DNA of 64,000 nucleotides from Escherichia phage T2. This document shows, piece by piece, positions 19,982 to 30,918 of this stretch. The first letter of the stretch is position 1; every line of letters begins with the position of its first letter. The DNA lies in the sequence record NC_054931.1; one strand, given 5' to 3'. The translations under genes were made by a program, and so were the position numbers. Below the pieces are notes generated by a model. It was not told the origin of the DNA, made no database searches, and worked only from the letters and a program-made list of their open reading frames with translations.

Positions 19982-22078
19982 TTATCCTTGAACGAACTTG
20001 TAAGGCATGTTTGTAATATCTATGCAAGACGCAATAATTCCGAGAGATGATTCTACTTTCTGTTTAACATTTGATGAAACAAATGATGCAAAGTCAACTC
20101 TGTCTTCTATTTCAATATCACCTGTCATTGCAACTACTTCGCCGGTTTCCATTAAACGGTCTCCGTCATAGATTACCGATTCGGTGAGTTCTTCTGTGGT
20201 CATAACTTCAGCTTGAATGAGTTTTGTATTATTAGACGTGGTTCCGTCATTATTAGAAGCATCAGTTATTTTATTAACTTTGACCATCAATCCGCGCGGT
20301 AGAATAACTTCAGCTTCTGTTGCTATTCCGAGACTTCCTGGATATACAACATTAACTTTATGAGCTCCATCAATTGCCCATCCTATTTGAACTTTAACGT
20401 ATTCAGGATTTTCTTTATACGCTCTTATTTCGTTTGGATTAATAGTTATTCCTTCTTCATTTTTATCAACTGTTAATTCATTGCGAGCTTCTGGTTCTAA
20501 AAGACCAATACCAGCATGTGTAATTCCAAAACGTCCAAAAATGATAGGAGTTAAAGAAGTAGATACAAAATTTCTGAAATAGAACACTTTATTTTTAACT
20601 AGCGCTTCGTATATAGGAGCAGTCATACTTTGAGCACGATAAACTGTAATGCCTTCCGGTATGCGGTCACCATTTTCAAAAGCTGAATCTAAATTATTTA
20701 TAGCAGATTCAATTTCTTTTTCACTCATTACATCATATCGTTCTGGATTGTAACGACCTAAAAGAAGATTATTAATGTCTGTATATCCTGAACCACAATA
20801 CTCTCTAATACCGCGCTTTTGTGATGGTGTATATTTAGAACCATCACAAGCAATAGTAATATCAATCATTGGACCAGCACCAATTCCAGAAAAACTATAA
20901 ATCATTCGTTTGAGGAATTTAGTTTTTGCTGCATTCCAGGCATTTTTAGTTATTTCTCCCCAGACTTCATCTGGCTGCCCTTTACGAGTTTTATTATGTT
21001 TATCAAGCCAATTATCTTTATATTCTTCAAAGAATTGATTGACAGCTGCCGCGTATTTCTCTAAACATTTTATTGAAGTAGTTGGTTCATTTTTAATCGC
21101 GTTAAAAATTACATCTTTAATTTTTTCAGAAACTTCATCAACCTCACTTTTTGAAAAGAATTTATAGTCATAGTGAAGTTCATTCGCAGTTCCTTCGGCA
21201 ATAATTTTTGCTGCCTTTGTTTTAGAAGCTAATGAATTAATTCCAATTTTCATTTCTTCTGCTTCGGGAATTAAAGGAGCGGTAGCAGGCTTATTGAAAT
21301 TAGCTGCGGTAGATTCATACTTCTGGAATAATTCACTTTCAAATCTAGAAGATTCCAATGATTGACTTTGCGCAATTGCTCTACGGGAAATTTTAACTTT
21401 AACGATTACAGCTTGGTCAGTACGTTTATCATTTTCTTGTGCAATAGATGCTGCAATTGCCTCGTTTTTAGTTACTTGAGCTCCAGTATCTTTATTGATA
21501 TAAACATCACCGACCTTCGATTCAACTTTAGTAAAGAGCTCGGTACTAATTTCCGGAACTCCTGGAATGTCTTCTAGTGATACATTTTTGCGATGTATAA
21601 GAATATATGCATACTTTTTATCATAATCCCAGAGTTCCTTAAGAAGGACGTATCTGCCACCTGAACGACTACGGATAAGTCTATCAGCAATAACTTGAAT
21701 TTGTCGAGCTTGACCAGCAGTTTTAGACTTAAGAATACGAAGCATACAAGCATCAATTTTATACTGACGCATTGTTTGCATTGCAACAGTAAAAACTGAA
21801 TTGATATAATTAATTGGGCTTGGACCAAGACCTTTTAATTTAGCAATTGAACCTTTAGCAGTTAATGTAAAAGGAACAATATGCATCATTTTATCGCCCA
21901 TTTTTAAATCGCGATTAGTATCACCTCCAGATGTATAGGTACATAAACGAAAGCCTGGTTGTTCAATTGCATCATCAACATGAACTGAAAAAATTTGTGG
22001 TATTTTCTTCTTTGGATTTAAGTTTGTAATCGGAAGAGTAGTATCTTCGTCAAATAATTCTGTAATGAGTTCCATCAT
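19982..22078 (-). CDS. alt: Alt ADP-ribosyltransferase (internal head protein)
   Basis: 698-aa ORF (MMELITELFD..., second Met may be the start); VYRAQ, FVSTSL and ATEAEVILPRG ART motifs; adjacent to gene 30 as in T4. Confidence 0.85.
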   Translation of the reverse strand: MMELITELFDEDTTLPITNLNPKKKIPQIFSVHVDDAIEQPGFRLCTYTSGGDTNRDLKMGDKMMHIVPFTLTAKGSIAKLKGLGPSPINYINSVFTVAMQTMRQYKIDACMLRILKSKTAGQARQIQVIADRLIRSRSGGRYVLLKELWDYDKKYAYILIHRKNVSLEDIPGVPEISTELFTKVESKVGDVYINKDTGAQVTKNEAIAASIAQENDKRTDQAVIVKVKISRRAIAQSQSLESSRFESELFQKYESTAANFNKPATAPLIPEAEEMKIGINSLASKTKAAKIIAEGTANELHYDYKFFSKSEVDEVSEKIKDVIFNAIKNEPTTSIKCLEKYAAAVNQFFEEYKDNWLDKHNKTRKGQPDEVWGEITKNAWNAAKTKFLKRMIYSFSGIGAGPMIDITIACDGSKYTPSQKRGIREYCGSGYTDINNLLLGRYNPERYDVMSEKEIESAINNLDSAFENGDRIPEGITVYRAQSMTAPIYEALVKNKVFYFRNFVSTSLTPIIFGRFGITHAGIGLLEPEARNELTVDKNEEGITINPNEIRAYKENPEYVKVQIGWAIDGAHKVNVVYPGSLGIATEAEVILPRGLMVKVNKITDASNNDGTTSNNTKLIQAEVMTTEELTESVIYDGDRLMETGEVVAMTGDIEIEDRVDFASFVSSNVKQKVESSLGIIASCIDITNMPYKFVQG

Positions 22079-22098
22079 ATCCTCTCTAGTGTTTATTC

Positions 22099-22106
22099 TA
22101 TTTATA
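22099..22106 (-). promoter_or_regulatory. late promoter TATAAATA upstream of alt
   Basis: TATAAATA on - strand 21 nt upstream of the alt ATG. Confidence 0.45.
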
Positions 22107-22111
22107 AAATT

Positions 22112-22129
22112 AAAGGCCCGAAGGCCTTT
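22112..22129 (-). terminator. stem-loop AAAGGCC-CGAA-GGCCTTT downstream of alt.1
   Basis: 7-bp GC-rich stem with tetraloop, T-rich on - strand. Confidence 0.45.
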
Positions 22130-22316
22130 AATAATCTATAGGTAAGAGAGTACGATATATTTCAAACTTTGGACCTTTTTCATAAGCATCAAAAGTTTCT
22201 GTGAATTTATTATAAGCATATGCATCTATAAATTCAATCATGATTTGTGATACAGAAGTAGAAACATCTCCACCTTCTTTTTGAGCTACAACAATTGTTT
22301 CTAAGTAAGCTTTCAT
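22128..22316 (-). CDS. hypothetical protein (alt.1 position)
   Basis: 62-aa ORF between gene 30 and alt. Confidence 0.55.
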   Translation of the reverse strand: MKAYLETIVVAQKEGGDVSTSVSQIMIEFIDAYAYNKFTETFDAYEKGPKFEIYRTLLPIDY

Positions 22317-23776
22317 AGACCAGTTACCTCATGAAAATCGCCAAATACATCTTCGAACGTATTAGCTTTAGTTTTATCTTCGCGTAAACGAATCGCAATC
22401 GGAAGAAATAATTTAACGTAATCAGTGCGGCCATCAGATTTTAACCAACCGTTGCATTCGCACTCTAGAATTTTTCCAATATAATAATTTTGGTTTTCCA
22501 TAATGCGAGTACGGTCAAGTTCATGCGATTTTACACCGGCTTTATCTTTTAAGCCTGAACCAGCATTTACCTTAATTTTTCCGCACTCTGACTCAAGAAT
22601 AAATCCACCTGCTTTAGTAGGGTCTTTACGGTGAGGATAAATTCCTACAATTTTTAAATCAACATCAATTACTTCTTTAAATTTATAGAGATTTTTTGAA
22701 CGAGCATTTTCCCATAATCCATCGATATTTTTGAGAATAATACCTTCAAGACCTTGGTCAATATACTTTTTATAAATTACCTTAGCTTCATCTAGGTTAT
22801 TTACTACCTGGTTTTCAATTAAAATTACTTTATCATATCCCGATGTCATTTGTTCTAGTTTAGAAAAACGTACATCATACTTCAAACGAAATGCAGGAAG
22901 ACCGTATATTTCTACCAACGGGACATAATCCCAGACCTGAAACTTCATGCATTGAGCTTCTTTTTCAGAAATGGTTCCCTTTAAAGATTTATTGGCGATG
23001 CCATTAGATGCAGTACGTGATTCAGCTACTTCTGTGAAGTCTTTAACTTTACTGTTTTCAGGATGAGCATCAAAAAGAAAATCTAGGCCTTCTGGCTCCT
23101 TTTTAACTTGCTCATGGTATACCAATTCGCCATCAATTAACACGCCTTCTGGATGAATCTGGCGGGCTTCAGCGGTCATTTTGATTAATTCTTCCTTAAG
23201 AAGATCTAATCCTAGATATTCATTACCGGCTCGTGATAAAAGACGAACATCATCTAATTCATCACCTCTGACTTCGGCAAAGCACCGAGCCCCATCAGCT
23301 TTTAACTGGGCAAAAGCTGGAAATTTGATATTCTTATTAATGCCTTTTTCATCATAAGAACTTGCAAGCATTTGAGGTTGTTCAGGAATTAAACCTGGCC
23401 AAACTTTGTTTGCAATAGATACTGAAGCACCACATTCAAGGTCTCGCATCATCACTCGACGCAAAACTTCAACATCATCTTTTTTACCATCGGTGATATA
23501 TCCAGTTAATTCCTCAATTGCTGCATTTCCAGTCAATTTCCGAGTAGCTAATGTGAATTCAATGAAGTCAAGCATATCGATAAGAGTCAACATTCCAAAA
23601 CTCTGGGTAGCAATACCAGGTTTAGGCCATTTCTTGATATAATACTGCAACCCACGAGAATAAGTCAGACGATATACTCGTTTAAGCAATTCATTATCTT
23701 TATTCTTTTCAAGAATTGCTTGCTTCTGCTTAGTTGAACCAATAGATGCTATTTCGTTCAGAATTTTAAGAATCAT
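22313..23776 (-). CDS. 30: ATP-dependent DNA ligase gp30
   Basis: 487-aa ORF; size and sequence recognised as T4 DNA ligase. Confidence 0.92.
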   Translation of the reverse strand: MILKILNEIASIGSTKQKQAILEKNKDNELLKRVYRLTYSRGLQYYIKKWPKPGIATQSFGMLTLIDMLDFIEFTLATRKLTGNAAIEELTGYITDGKKDDVEVLRRVMMRDLECGASVSIANKVWPGLIPEQPQMLASSYDEKGINKNIKFPAFAQLKADGARCFAEVRGDELDDVRLLSRAGNEYLGLDLLKEELIKMTAEARQIHPEGVLIDGELVYHEQVKKEPEGLDFLFDAHPENSKVKDFTEVAESRTASNGIANKSLKGTISEKEAQCMKFQVWDYVPLVEIYGLPAFRLKYDVRFSKLEQMTSGYDKVILIENQVVNNLDEAKVIYKKYIDQGLEGIILKNIDGLWENARSKNLYKFKEVIDVDLKIVGIYPHRKDPTKAGGFILESECGKIKVNAGSGLKDKAGVKSHELDRTRIMENQNYYIGKILECECNGWLKSDGRTDYVKLFLPIAIRLREDKTKANTFEDVFGDFHEVTGL

Positions 23777-24042
23777 TATTCATCCTTCAGAGTTTGGTTT
23801 ACAGCTCTATTATAAATCAATTCATCATTAAGCTCAGTCAAAGACCTATGATATGTGGTTCTAACTTTATTTCCTTGCATCCAGTGCTTGACGTAAATGA
23901 AACCTTGCTCTACACATTTTTTAAAAATTCGTTCGTCTTTTTGAGCTCGGAATTCTGGATTGCATCTAAAAAATTGATTTACGTGACCGTAATCACGTGT
24001 AGTATTACCTTCATTTTCATAAATAGTGTGAACAACAAACAT
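23776..24042 (-). CDS. hypothetical protein (30.1 position)
   Basis: 88-aa ORF, ATGA-coupled to ligase gene. Confidence 0.55.
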   Translation of the reverse strand: MFVVHTIYENEGNTTRDYGHVNQFFRCNPEFRAQKDERIFKKCVEQGFIYVKHWMQGNKVRTTYHRSLTELNDELIYNRAVNQTLKDE

Positions 24043-24884
24043 TAGAATGCTCCTTGGAAAATATTATCACCACTACCACTAGTAAGTCTATTAAAATACC
24101 CTGCGTCGCCAGGCTTAAAACTCCATGTATGGAATGGATGCATCTGGTGTGAGTGTGTATAATATGGATTATAAGGATTAAATCCAGGAGTTCTCCAGGT
24201 AGTGTTCCAAGGAAAAGAATCGTTTTTAATCATCTTCTCGATTGTATCTTTTATGGCTTTTTCACTATCAAAACTTTCTTTATTTTCCTTCGGCGAAAAA
24301 AGCTTATTTTCTACATCATTCCATGTATAAACCCGCTGAGCAGTTTTTGGAATATTGTCACGCTCTCCTCGAGCCATCCAATAAACAGGAACACGTAATA
24401 TTTCACTCGCATGGTCGCAGTGGTGAGCGAGATCGTCAATATAACAAATTACGTTATATTTCTCTTTTGCCTTTTTGAACAGCTCTTCTTTTGAAGAATC
24501 ATGACCACACATCAATACTTCTGAGAAGGCACCAGGAAAAAGAGCATTCAAATTAAATTGACGATTCAGCAGAGCGTCAATAGAATCGCCCAATGCTGTA
24601 ACAGCTACAAAATTATAATCTTCCTTTAATTTGTTAATTACACACAGAGCATCTTTATATGGAGACAAGTAACGAATAAAATCTGAACGATTGTATTTTT
24701 CAATTAACTTGACACCAAGTTCTTCATCACAGTTAAAGAGTTTACCAGGTGAAATAAATTTCTCATCTTGGATCATTTTTAAAATATGTTCTAACGGAAG
24801 ATTATATTTCTGAGCAAAATAAGGAAGGCCTGATTGCCAGCTTAAACATACTCCATCAATATCAGTTAAAATAGTAGGCTTCAT
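24042..24884 (-). CDS. HAD-superfamily hydrolase-like protein (30.2 position)
   Basis: 280-aa ORF with N-terminal DIDGV (HAD motif I) and internal YIDD motif. Confidence 0.6.
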   Translation of the reverse strand: MKPTILTDIDGVCLSWQSGLPYFAQKYNLPLEHILKMIQDEKFISPGKLFNCDEELGVKLIEKYNRSDFIRYLSPYKDALCVINKLKEDYNFVAVTALGDSIDALLNRQFNLNALFPGAFSEVLMCGHDSSKEELFKKAKEKYNVICYIDDLAHHCDHASEILRVPVYWMARGERDNIPKTAQRVYTWNDVENKLFSPKENKESFDSEKAIKDTIEKMIKNDSFPWNTTWRTPGFNPYNPYYTHSHQMHPFHTWSFKPGDAGYFNRLTSGSGDNIFQGAF

Positions 24885-25339
24885 AGAGAGTCTCTTAATA
24901 GGTTTAACACATCAATAAATTCAGCTTCGGTTAGTATTGTATCATCTTTTGTTAGACCACTAGCCATGCTGTGCTTCAAAACTTTTCCTTTCGAGGCTAG
25001 TAATGCATCACGAAAGCCCTTGTTTTGAATCGCTGCTTCAAAATATGCATTTGTATATAATTCTTTCCACGCTGGGGAGTATCTTGAAAACGGAACTCCG
25101 AGCCAGAAGAGGGTCCCACGGTCCTGAGCTCTAGCATAAGACCTTCCAGCTTGTTGGGCGGCAAGCCCGGATAACCCAAATATACGACGTTGTTGTTCAA
25201 CATTTTTCACCTTGCATCCTTGGAGGAATCCTTCAAGACCTCCGAATTGAATACCATCCATGACGAAAGGCCATTGGGCGAAATTACTTAATGCGCATGA
25301 TGGCCATCTAAAATTGCTTCTAATCTCTAACTCAGACAT
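24881..25339 (-). CDS. YbiA/NADAR (DUF1768)-like protein (30.3 position)
   Basis: 152-aa ORF; LSNFAQWPFVMDG...FLQGCK resembles the E. coli YbiA core FSNFAAWPIKVDG...FQAQK. Confidence 0.6.
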   Translation of the reverse strand: MSELEIRSNFRWPSCALSNFAQWPFVMDGIQFGGLEGFLQGCKVKNVEQQRRIFGLSGLAAQQAGRSYARAQDRGTLFWLGVPFSRYSPAWKELYTNAYFEAAIQNKGFRDALLASKGKVLKHSMASGLTKDDTILTEAEFIDVLNLLRDSL

Positions 25340-25550
25340 CTTTAATACTTTATAATTTCAACATCCGCCCAATGACCATAACTTGGCAGACGGTCTTCAA
25401 TAGATAATCCACCATCATATTTAAGCATTTTAATTGTCATAATATGGCTCTAAATGGTCTTCTGTGAGCGTAGAAACGTCAGTCACACGATAAGTAACTT
25501 CAACCATTTCCGTACCTAATAATTTCTGAATTAATTTCTTAAACATATTA

Positions 25551-25838
25551 TCAGAACCTCATCTGAAAACCGTGTGATTTAACATTACCGCCGCCAATAT
25601 CAGAAATATTAATTTCACGCGCAATTGAAGGGTCAATGTCAATTTCGCGATTGAGTTTAGTGATAGCTAAAGTATCACGCCCATTTACTGTACGGAATTC
25701 TAAAGGGCAGACTACATTAACGTAATTTTTAATCGATTCACTGGTAGGTTGCAAATGAGCAGGAAGGTCTTTAGGCGCCTTAGAGAAAACCACTTCACAA
25801 AAATTTTTGCGGGTATCAAAATAAGTAGTCATAAACAT
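25551..25838 (-). CDS. hypothetical protein
   Basis: 95 codons from ATG 25838 preceded by GAGGAA; ORF track starts at an upstream TTG. Confidence 0.5.
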   Translation of the reverse strand: MFMTTYFDTRKNFCEVVFSKAPKDLPAHLQPTSESIKNYVNVVCPLEFRTVNGRDTLAITKLNREIDIDPSIAREINISDIGGGNVKSHGFQMRF

Positions 25839-25854
25839 AACATTTTCCTCAATA

Positions 25855-25868
25855 GGGGCCAAAGCCCC
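25855..25868. other. intergenic stem-loop GGGGC-CAAA-GCCCC
   Basis: GC hairpin between two - strand ORFs, no clear T tract. Confidence 0.4.
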
Positions 25869-25877
25869 TCATTTATT

Positions 25878-26243
25878 TTAAATATCAAATTCGTTAAGAA
25901 CTACATCAAAGATTGCTTCAAGATGCTCAGGTTTAGCTCTGTTACTCAGAATATGACGAATCCAAGTTTTAACCAAAAGCTTGCGATTAGCACCATTCCA
26001 GCAAGGATGAGTCCCTAAATCGCGTTGACGAAAATCATCATCCAGAGCGATTTTAAAGTTGGAACCTTCCATTGTGATTGAAACCGTGATGCCATTTTCA
26101 AATCGCATATAAACATAGTTAGGAGTCATATACTGTTCAATTTCGCATACTGATCCATTTTGATGTTTCCAAAGGCAGATAGTATCAATAGAACCTGCAA
26201 TACCATTAGAAACATATTTACGTTCAAAGTTGATGTAGTTCAT
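25878..26243 (-). CDS. hypothetical protein
   Basis: 121 codons from ATG 26243 with AAGGAG RBS. Confidence 0.55.
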   Translation of the reverse strand: MNYINFERKYVSNGIAGSIDTICLWKHQNGSVCEIEQYMTPNYVYMRFENGITVSITMEGSNFKIALDDDFRQRDLGTHPCWNGANRKLLVKTWIRHILSNRAKPEHLEAIFDVVLNEFDI

Positions 26244-26271
26244 TTTTATTCTCCTTTGTTTGTGTAAGATA

Positions 26272-26301
26272 ATACTATCACAAAGGAACCATACTGTAAA
26301 C
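26272..26301 (-). promoter_or_regulatory. T4-type early promoter
   Basis: GTTTAC, 18-nt spacer, TAGTAT on - strand upstream of the 26243 start. Confidence 0.45.
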
Positions 26302-26330
26302 AACTTTATGCAATCTTTGGAAAATAAAAA

Positions 26331-26350
26331 AGGACTCCCGAAGGAGTCCT
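26331..26350 (-). terminator. terminator hairpin AGGACTCC-CGAA-GGAGTCCT (stem-loop part of a PeSL-like cassette)
   Basis: 8-bp stem followed on - strand by a T-rich tract. Confidence 0.55.
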
Positions 26351-26354
26351 CAAC

Positions 26355-26531
26355 TTATGCTTTCTGCTTACCAAAACGAGAAGCATCATCTCGAAGAACC
26401 GCACGTGCTCGGCGCATGATCTTCTCAACAGTTTGATTGATACGAGAGTTCGACCCACGCTTGTAGCCAGCGCGTTTAGAATCACCAACTTTCTTTTCAA
26501 CTGCTTTCTTTGCTTTAGCTTGTTTTGCCAT
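26355..26531 (-). CDS. small basic hypothetical protein
   Basis: 58 codons from MAKQAKAKKAVEKK; highly Lys/Arg-rich. Confidence 0.5.
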   Translation of the reverse strand: MAKQAKAKKAVEKKVGDSKRAGYKRGSNSRINQTVEKIMRRARAVLRDDASRFGKQKA

Positions 26532-26819
26532 TATAAATTCTCTTTTAAACGAAAATGCAGGACTTATTGGCATTGCCTGCGAAAGCCCTCAAAGGGGTAC
26601 TTAGGTTTTGAATATTTACCGACAGGATAACCATAAACCCGTCATCATACCACCAAGACTTACACAGATAACACTTTTCTGACGCATGATAGTAACATTC
26701 AAGAGGTACACCGTAAAACTGCCGGGGTCTTAAAACTATAATGATTCGCAAATCATTAATCAGACAGTTCGACGGCTCCTCGATTTTAGCTCACACTAAG
26801 GCAGTGAATCTCCAATAAA

Positions 26820-27068
26820 TTACTTCAATGTTACCACAAAGTGACGAACTGCTTTTCGCGCGGCAGAAGCCAGAGGCTTAGCATATTTAAGTTCATCTTT
26901 TTCCTGAAGCTCGGCAGCTAATGCAGTTTGAGCAGGATTCAGATGTTTGAAATAACGCAGGATTTCAAGAGCTTCGGCTTCAACATCAATAGATGCGCCA
27001 TAGTTTTCGTGACCATTATTCCATGCGTTTCGTTGCAGTTCAAGAGCGTGTTGTAATTGTTTAATCAT
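26820..27068 (-). CDS. rIII: rIII lysis inhibition accessory protein
   Basis: 82-aa ORF directly upstream of gene 31; size and position match T4 rIII. Confidence 0.75.
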   Translation of the reverse strand: MIKQLQHALELQRNAWNNGHENYGASIDVEAEALEILRYFKHLNPAQTALAAELQEKDELKYAKPLASAARKAVRHFVVTLK

Positions 27069-27212
27069 TTAAAAATTCTCGTTAGAGATTAAAACTCGGT
27101 AGTCACGTTCTTCTGAATTTCATCTTCTTTCGACAGATCTCTCAGTTGTAGACTACCACATAGAATTGTTCGGTTAACTTATTATTCCGACACCCAATTC
27201 ATATTATTTATA

Positions 27213-27548
27213 TCACTTATAAAGACACGGAATAGCTTTATAATGACAGGTAACGAATTTTTGTTTAATTTCTTTTGGCTGCTTAAGACCCAGAGCTACA
27301 AAAGGATGCGGAACGTTTCGAATTTGACCAACTGGAAGAGAAGTCAAATCACCAACTTCACAAAAACCTTCAGGAACATCAGGACCGACAGAGTGAATTA
27401 CACACAGTTCAGGAACTTCACCTTGAACACGTTTACCGATAATAAGTCCTGATTCTGTAACTTCTTCATCGCCGGCTTGTGCAGGTTCAGAAACTAAAAT
27501 AACATATTCACCGACAGCACGAATTGGTAGCTGTTGTACTTCAGACAT
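27213..27548 (-). CDS. 31: co-chaperonin gp31 (GroES analogue)
   Basis: 111-aa [22 protein letters not shown]...; recognised as T4 gp31. Confidence 0.9.
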   Translation of the reverse strand: MSEVQQLPIRAVGEYVILVSEPAQAGDEEVTESGLIIGKRVQGEVPELCVIHSVGPDVPEGFCEVGDLTSLPVGQIRNVPHPFVALGLKQPKEIKQKFVTCHYKAIPCLYK

Positions 27549-27604
27549 CGTTTTTCCTTTTTGCTAACAGATGAATTAATAATAACAAATAATTCTTAAA
27601 GCAT

Positions 27605-27913
27605 TTATTTACCAATAAATTGAAGCAAATGCTCAACTTTCATACCATTAACAGAAATCAATTTGTCAATAGAAAAACCTCGCCAAGCGCCAAGTTCAAC
27701 ATCAAATACTGGAATCATATCCGTAGATTCTTTCCGAGTAGATTCAGTCAATTTACCGGTTTGCATGGTTGGCATAAAGTCTGCATCACGAGTACCTTTC
27801 ATAGTACGAATAGTACCATCAGACTTTTCAAAAACTACGTTTGAAACACCCATGGACAATTTAGTTTTCAAAATTTCACGAATTGCTACTTTCTGCTCAG
27901 TTGTCAGTTTCAT
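27605..27913 (-). CDS. hypothetical protein (31.1 position)
   Basis: 102-aa ORF. Confidence 0.55.
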   Translation of the reverse strand: MKLTTEQKVAIREILKTKLSMGVSNVVFEKSDGTIRTMKGTRDADFMPTMQTGKLTESTRKESTDMIPVFDVELGAWRGFSIDKLISVNGMKVEHLLQFIGK

Positions 27914-28150
27914 TTATTTACCTATTACAGTTTTAATATGAGTTGTTCCACGTTCTTTAAGGGTGGAAAGTAATTTTTGGAATTTTTCTAAATCAGATTT
28001 CCAACTATATGGTTTATCAATACAAACCCAATTTGTCTTATAATACTGTTTCCATTTAGAGAAAAAATATTTCTTATACTCTACAGCAAACGAGATGTTC
28101 TCATTAGAATAAGAACTAATTGCTGTGAGCTTTACCAAACGAAATTTCAT
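27914..28150 (-). CDS. hypothetical protein (31.2 position)
   Basis: 78-aa ORF. Confidence 0.5.
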   Translation of the reverse strand: MKFRLVKLTAISSYSNENISFAVEYKKYFFSKWKQYYKTNWVCIDKPYSWKSDLEKFQKLLSTLKERGTTHIKTVIGK

Positions 28151-28731
28151 TATTCACCGCAGAATTCGTTGATATTTTCCCAGTTTAACTTATTCAAGTT
28201 TTTCTTAGGAACATTAAACACTTCAATACCTGCATTTCGCAGAATATCATCCCAGCCAGGTTTATTTTTATCATATGTTTCGCAATAAACCAGCTTTTTA
28301 ATACCAGATTGAGCTATCGCTTTTGCACAATCTGGACAAGGAGAAAGTGTTACATACATAGTAGCACCTTCAATAGAAGAACCATTTCGTGCAGCAAACA
28401 AAATTGCATTTAGCTCAGCATGAATTTCATTTTTAGACGACCATTCAGAGTGAGCACTACGATGTTCTTTCGCCAAGACAAAACGATCAGTTGAACCAAA
28501 TGATACGCATTCAGGCTTATGGCCTTGAATGATAGTATGTTTAGGCTTATTCAGCAACCAACCTTGCTCAGCAGCATAATCACAACAGTTCACACCCCCT
28601 GCGGGTGAACCATTATACCCAGTAGAAATAATACGTCCATTCTTTTCAATTACTGCTCCTACCTTCCAGGAGCAACATTTTGATTCCTGCGATACTAAAT
28701 ATGCAATTTGAAGTACTGTACTCGCTTTCAT
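28150..28731 (-). CDS. cd: dCMP deaminase
   Basis: 193-aa ORF with HAE and PCxxC zinc-binding deaminase motifs. Confidence 0.9.
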   Translation of the reverse strand: MKASTVLQIAYLVSQESKCCSWKVGAVIEKNGRIISTGYNGSPAGGVNCCDYAAEQGWLLNKPKHTIIQGHKPECVSFGSTDRFVLAKEHRSAHSEWSSKNEIHAELNAILFAARNGSSIEGATMYVTLSPCPDCAKAIAQSGIKKLVYCETYDKNKPGWDDILRNAGIEVFNVPKKNLNKLNWENINEFCGE

Positions 28732-29066
28732 TTCATAATCACCAGATAAGCAGATTTAGCAGTTTCAACACGATAAATTTCGTGACGAAGTTTAGTTATA
28801 CTTTTAATAACAGAACTAATTATATTCTGCCCATCTTTAAAGCGGTTTTTCTTATCAATAAAAACTGCGCCAGTCATCTTTTTATGAAGCTCAACTGGAT
28901 ACTTCGTCACAATAATAGCATCATACACAGAAGGATGAATACTATTCACCAGAGTATCATTCATTAAAGTTATTCTAATGAACTTTGCTGTTTCAGAGTC
29001 AAGCGCTCTATGATCGCCAGTATCATTTTCAAGACAATTATCAATTATATCAGTTAAATTCATCAT
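28728..29066 (-). CDS. hypothetical protein (cd.1 position)
   Basis: 112-aa ORF. Confidence 0.5.
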   Translation of the reverse strand: MMNLTDIIDNCLENDTGDHRALDSETAKFIRITLMNDTLVNSIHPSVYDAIIVTKYPVELHKKMTGAVFIDKKNRFKDGQNIISSVIKSITKLRHEIYRVETAKSAYLVIMK

Positions 29067-29302
29067 AGTACGCCATACACCCTTTGTGCTTCAACTAATC
29101 CATCAAAATCCAGTTTAAGATGCGATATTTGATCGCCATCACCTGGATTCACAATTACTAATACTGAACGAGGAGTTTCGGTAATAACACGAACCGATGT
29201 TTCAGGAAATCGTTCAGAAACCTTATTTACCAATTCCTGCGCAAATAGCTTAACTTTTTCTTGGAATTCTTTAACAGTAATCGGTTTTTCACTTAGCAGC
29301 AT
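29063..29302 (-). CDS. hypothetical protein
   Basis: 79-aa ORF. Confidence 0.5.
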   Translation of the reverse strand: MLLSEKPITVKEFQEKVKLFAQELVNKVSERFPETSVRVITETPRSVLVIVNPGDGDQISHLKLDFDGLVEAQRVYGVL

Positions 29303-29361
29303 TTTGTTTTCCTCATTTGTTTGGTAGAGCTAATATCACAACTCTACCGTAAAGTAAACTA

Positions 29362-29637
29362 TTAAATTGCTTTGAATTCTGCTGTCTGCGATTCAAAACG
29401 AATATCGCCTTTGATGACTAGCTCAGCATCAAGACCGAATACAACAATGATATGCGCGGAACCTGGATACAGCGTAATGGCAACAGAATCCACCTGGTCT
29501 GGAAGCAAAGTGTTCAATACATGAGTCACTTGAGCATGGATTCGAAGCTCGGCTGCGTTATCAAGTTTTTCAAACATATTATTAGCGATAATTTGGCTAA
29601 ACACTACTTCTACGATTTTAGAATAAGTAGGAAACAT
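29362..29637 (-). CDS. hypothetical protein
   Basis: 91-aa ORF. Confidence 0.5.
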   Translation of the reverse strand: MFPTYSKIVEVVFSQIIANNMFEKLDNAAELRIHAQVTHVLNTLLPDQVDSVAITLYPGSAHIIVVFGLDAELVIKGDIRFESQTAEFKAI

Positions 29638-29701
29638 ATTTACCTCACATAATTTTCTTCAAGCCAATTAATAATATCCCAAGTTTCATGGTGCAAAGCC
29701 A

Positions 29702-30852
<1,151 letters not shown>

Positions 30853-30918
30853 GTATACTGCACCATGACATGCATCAATGTAACGGTCTGAGCATTCAAT
30901 ATAGCATTAGCAGAGTTT

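Noticed and set aside
26532-26819. About 290-bp ORF-poor stretch downstream of rIII containing the 68-aa ORF 26545-26751 and several short hairpins
   Set aside because: The ORF is Cys/Trp-rich with no RBS and overlaps the neighbouring gene start; I could not recognise a tRNA cloverleaf or known sRNA, so it is left as an untranslated or regulatory region.
29330-29359. Early promoter upstream of the ORF starting at 29302
   Set aside because: GTTTAC is present but no acceptable -10 hexamer at 17-18 nt; the region also folds as an inverted repeat (GGTAGAG...CTCTACC), so promoter assignment is unsafe.
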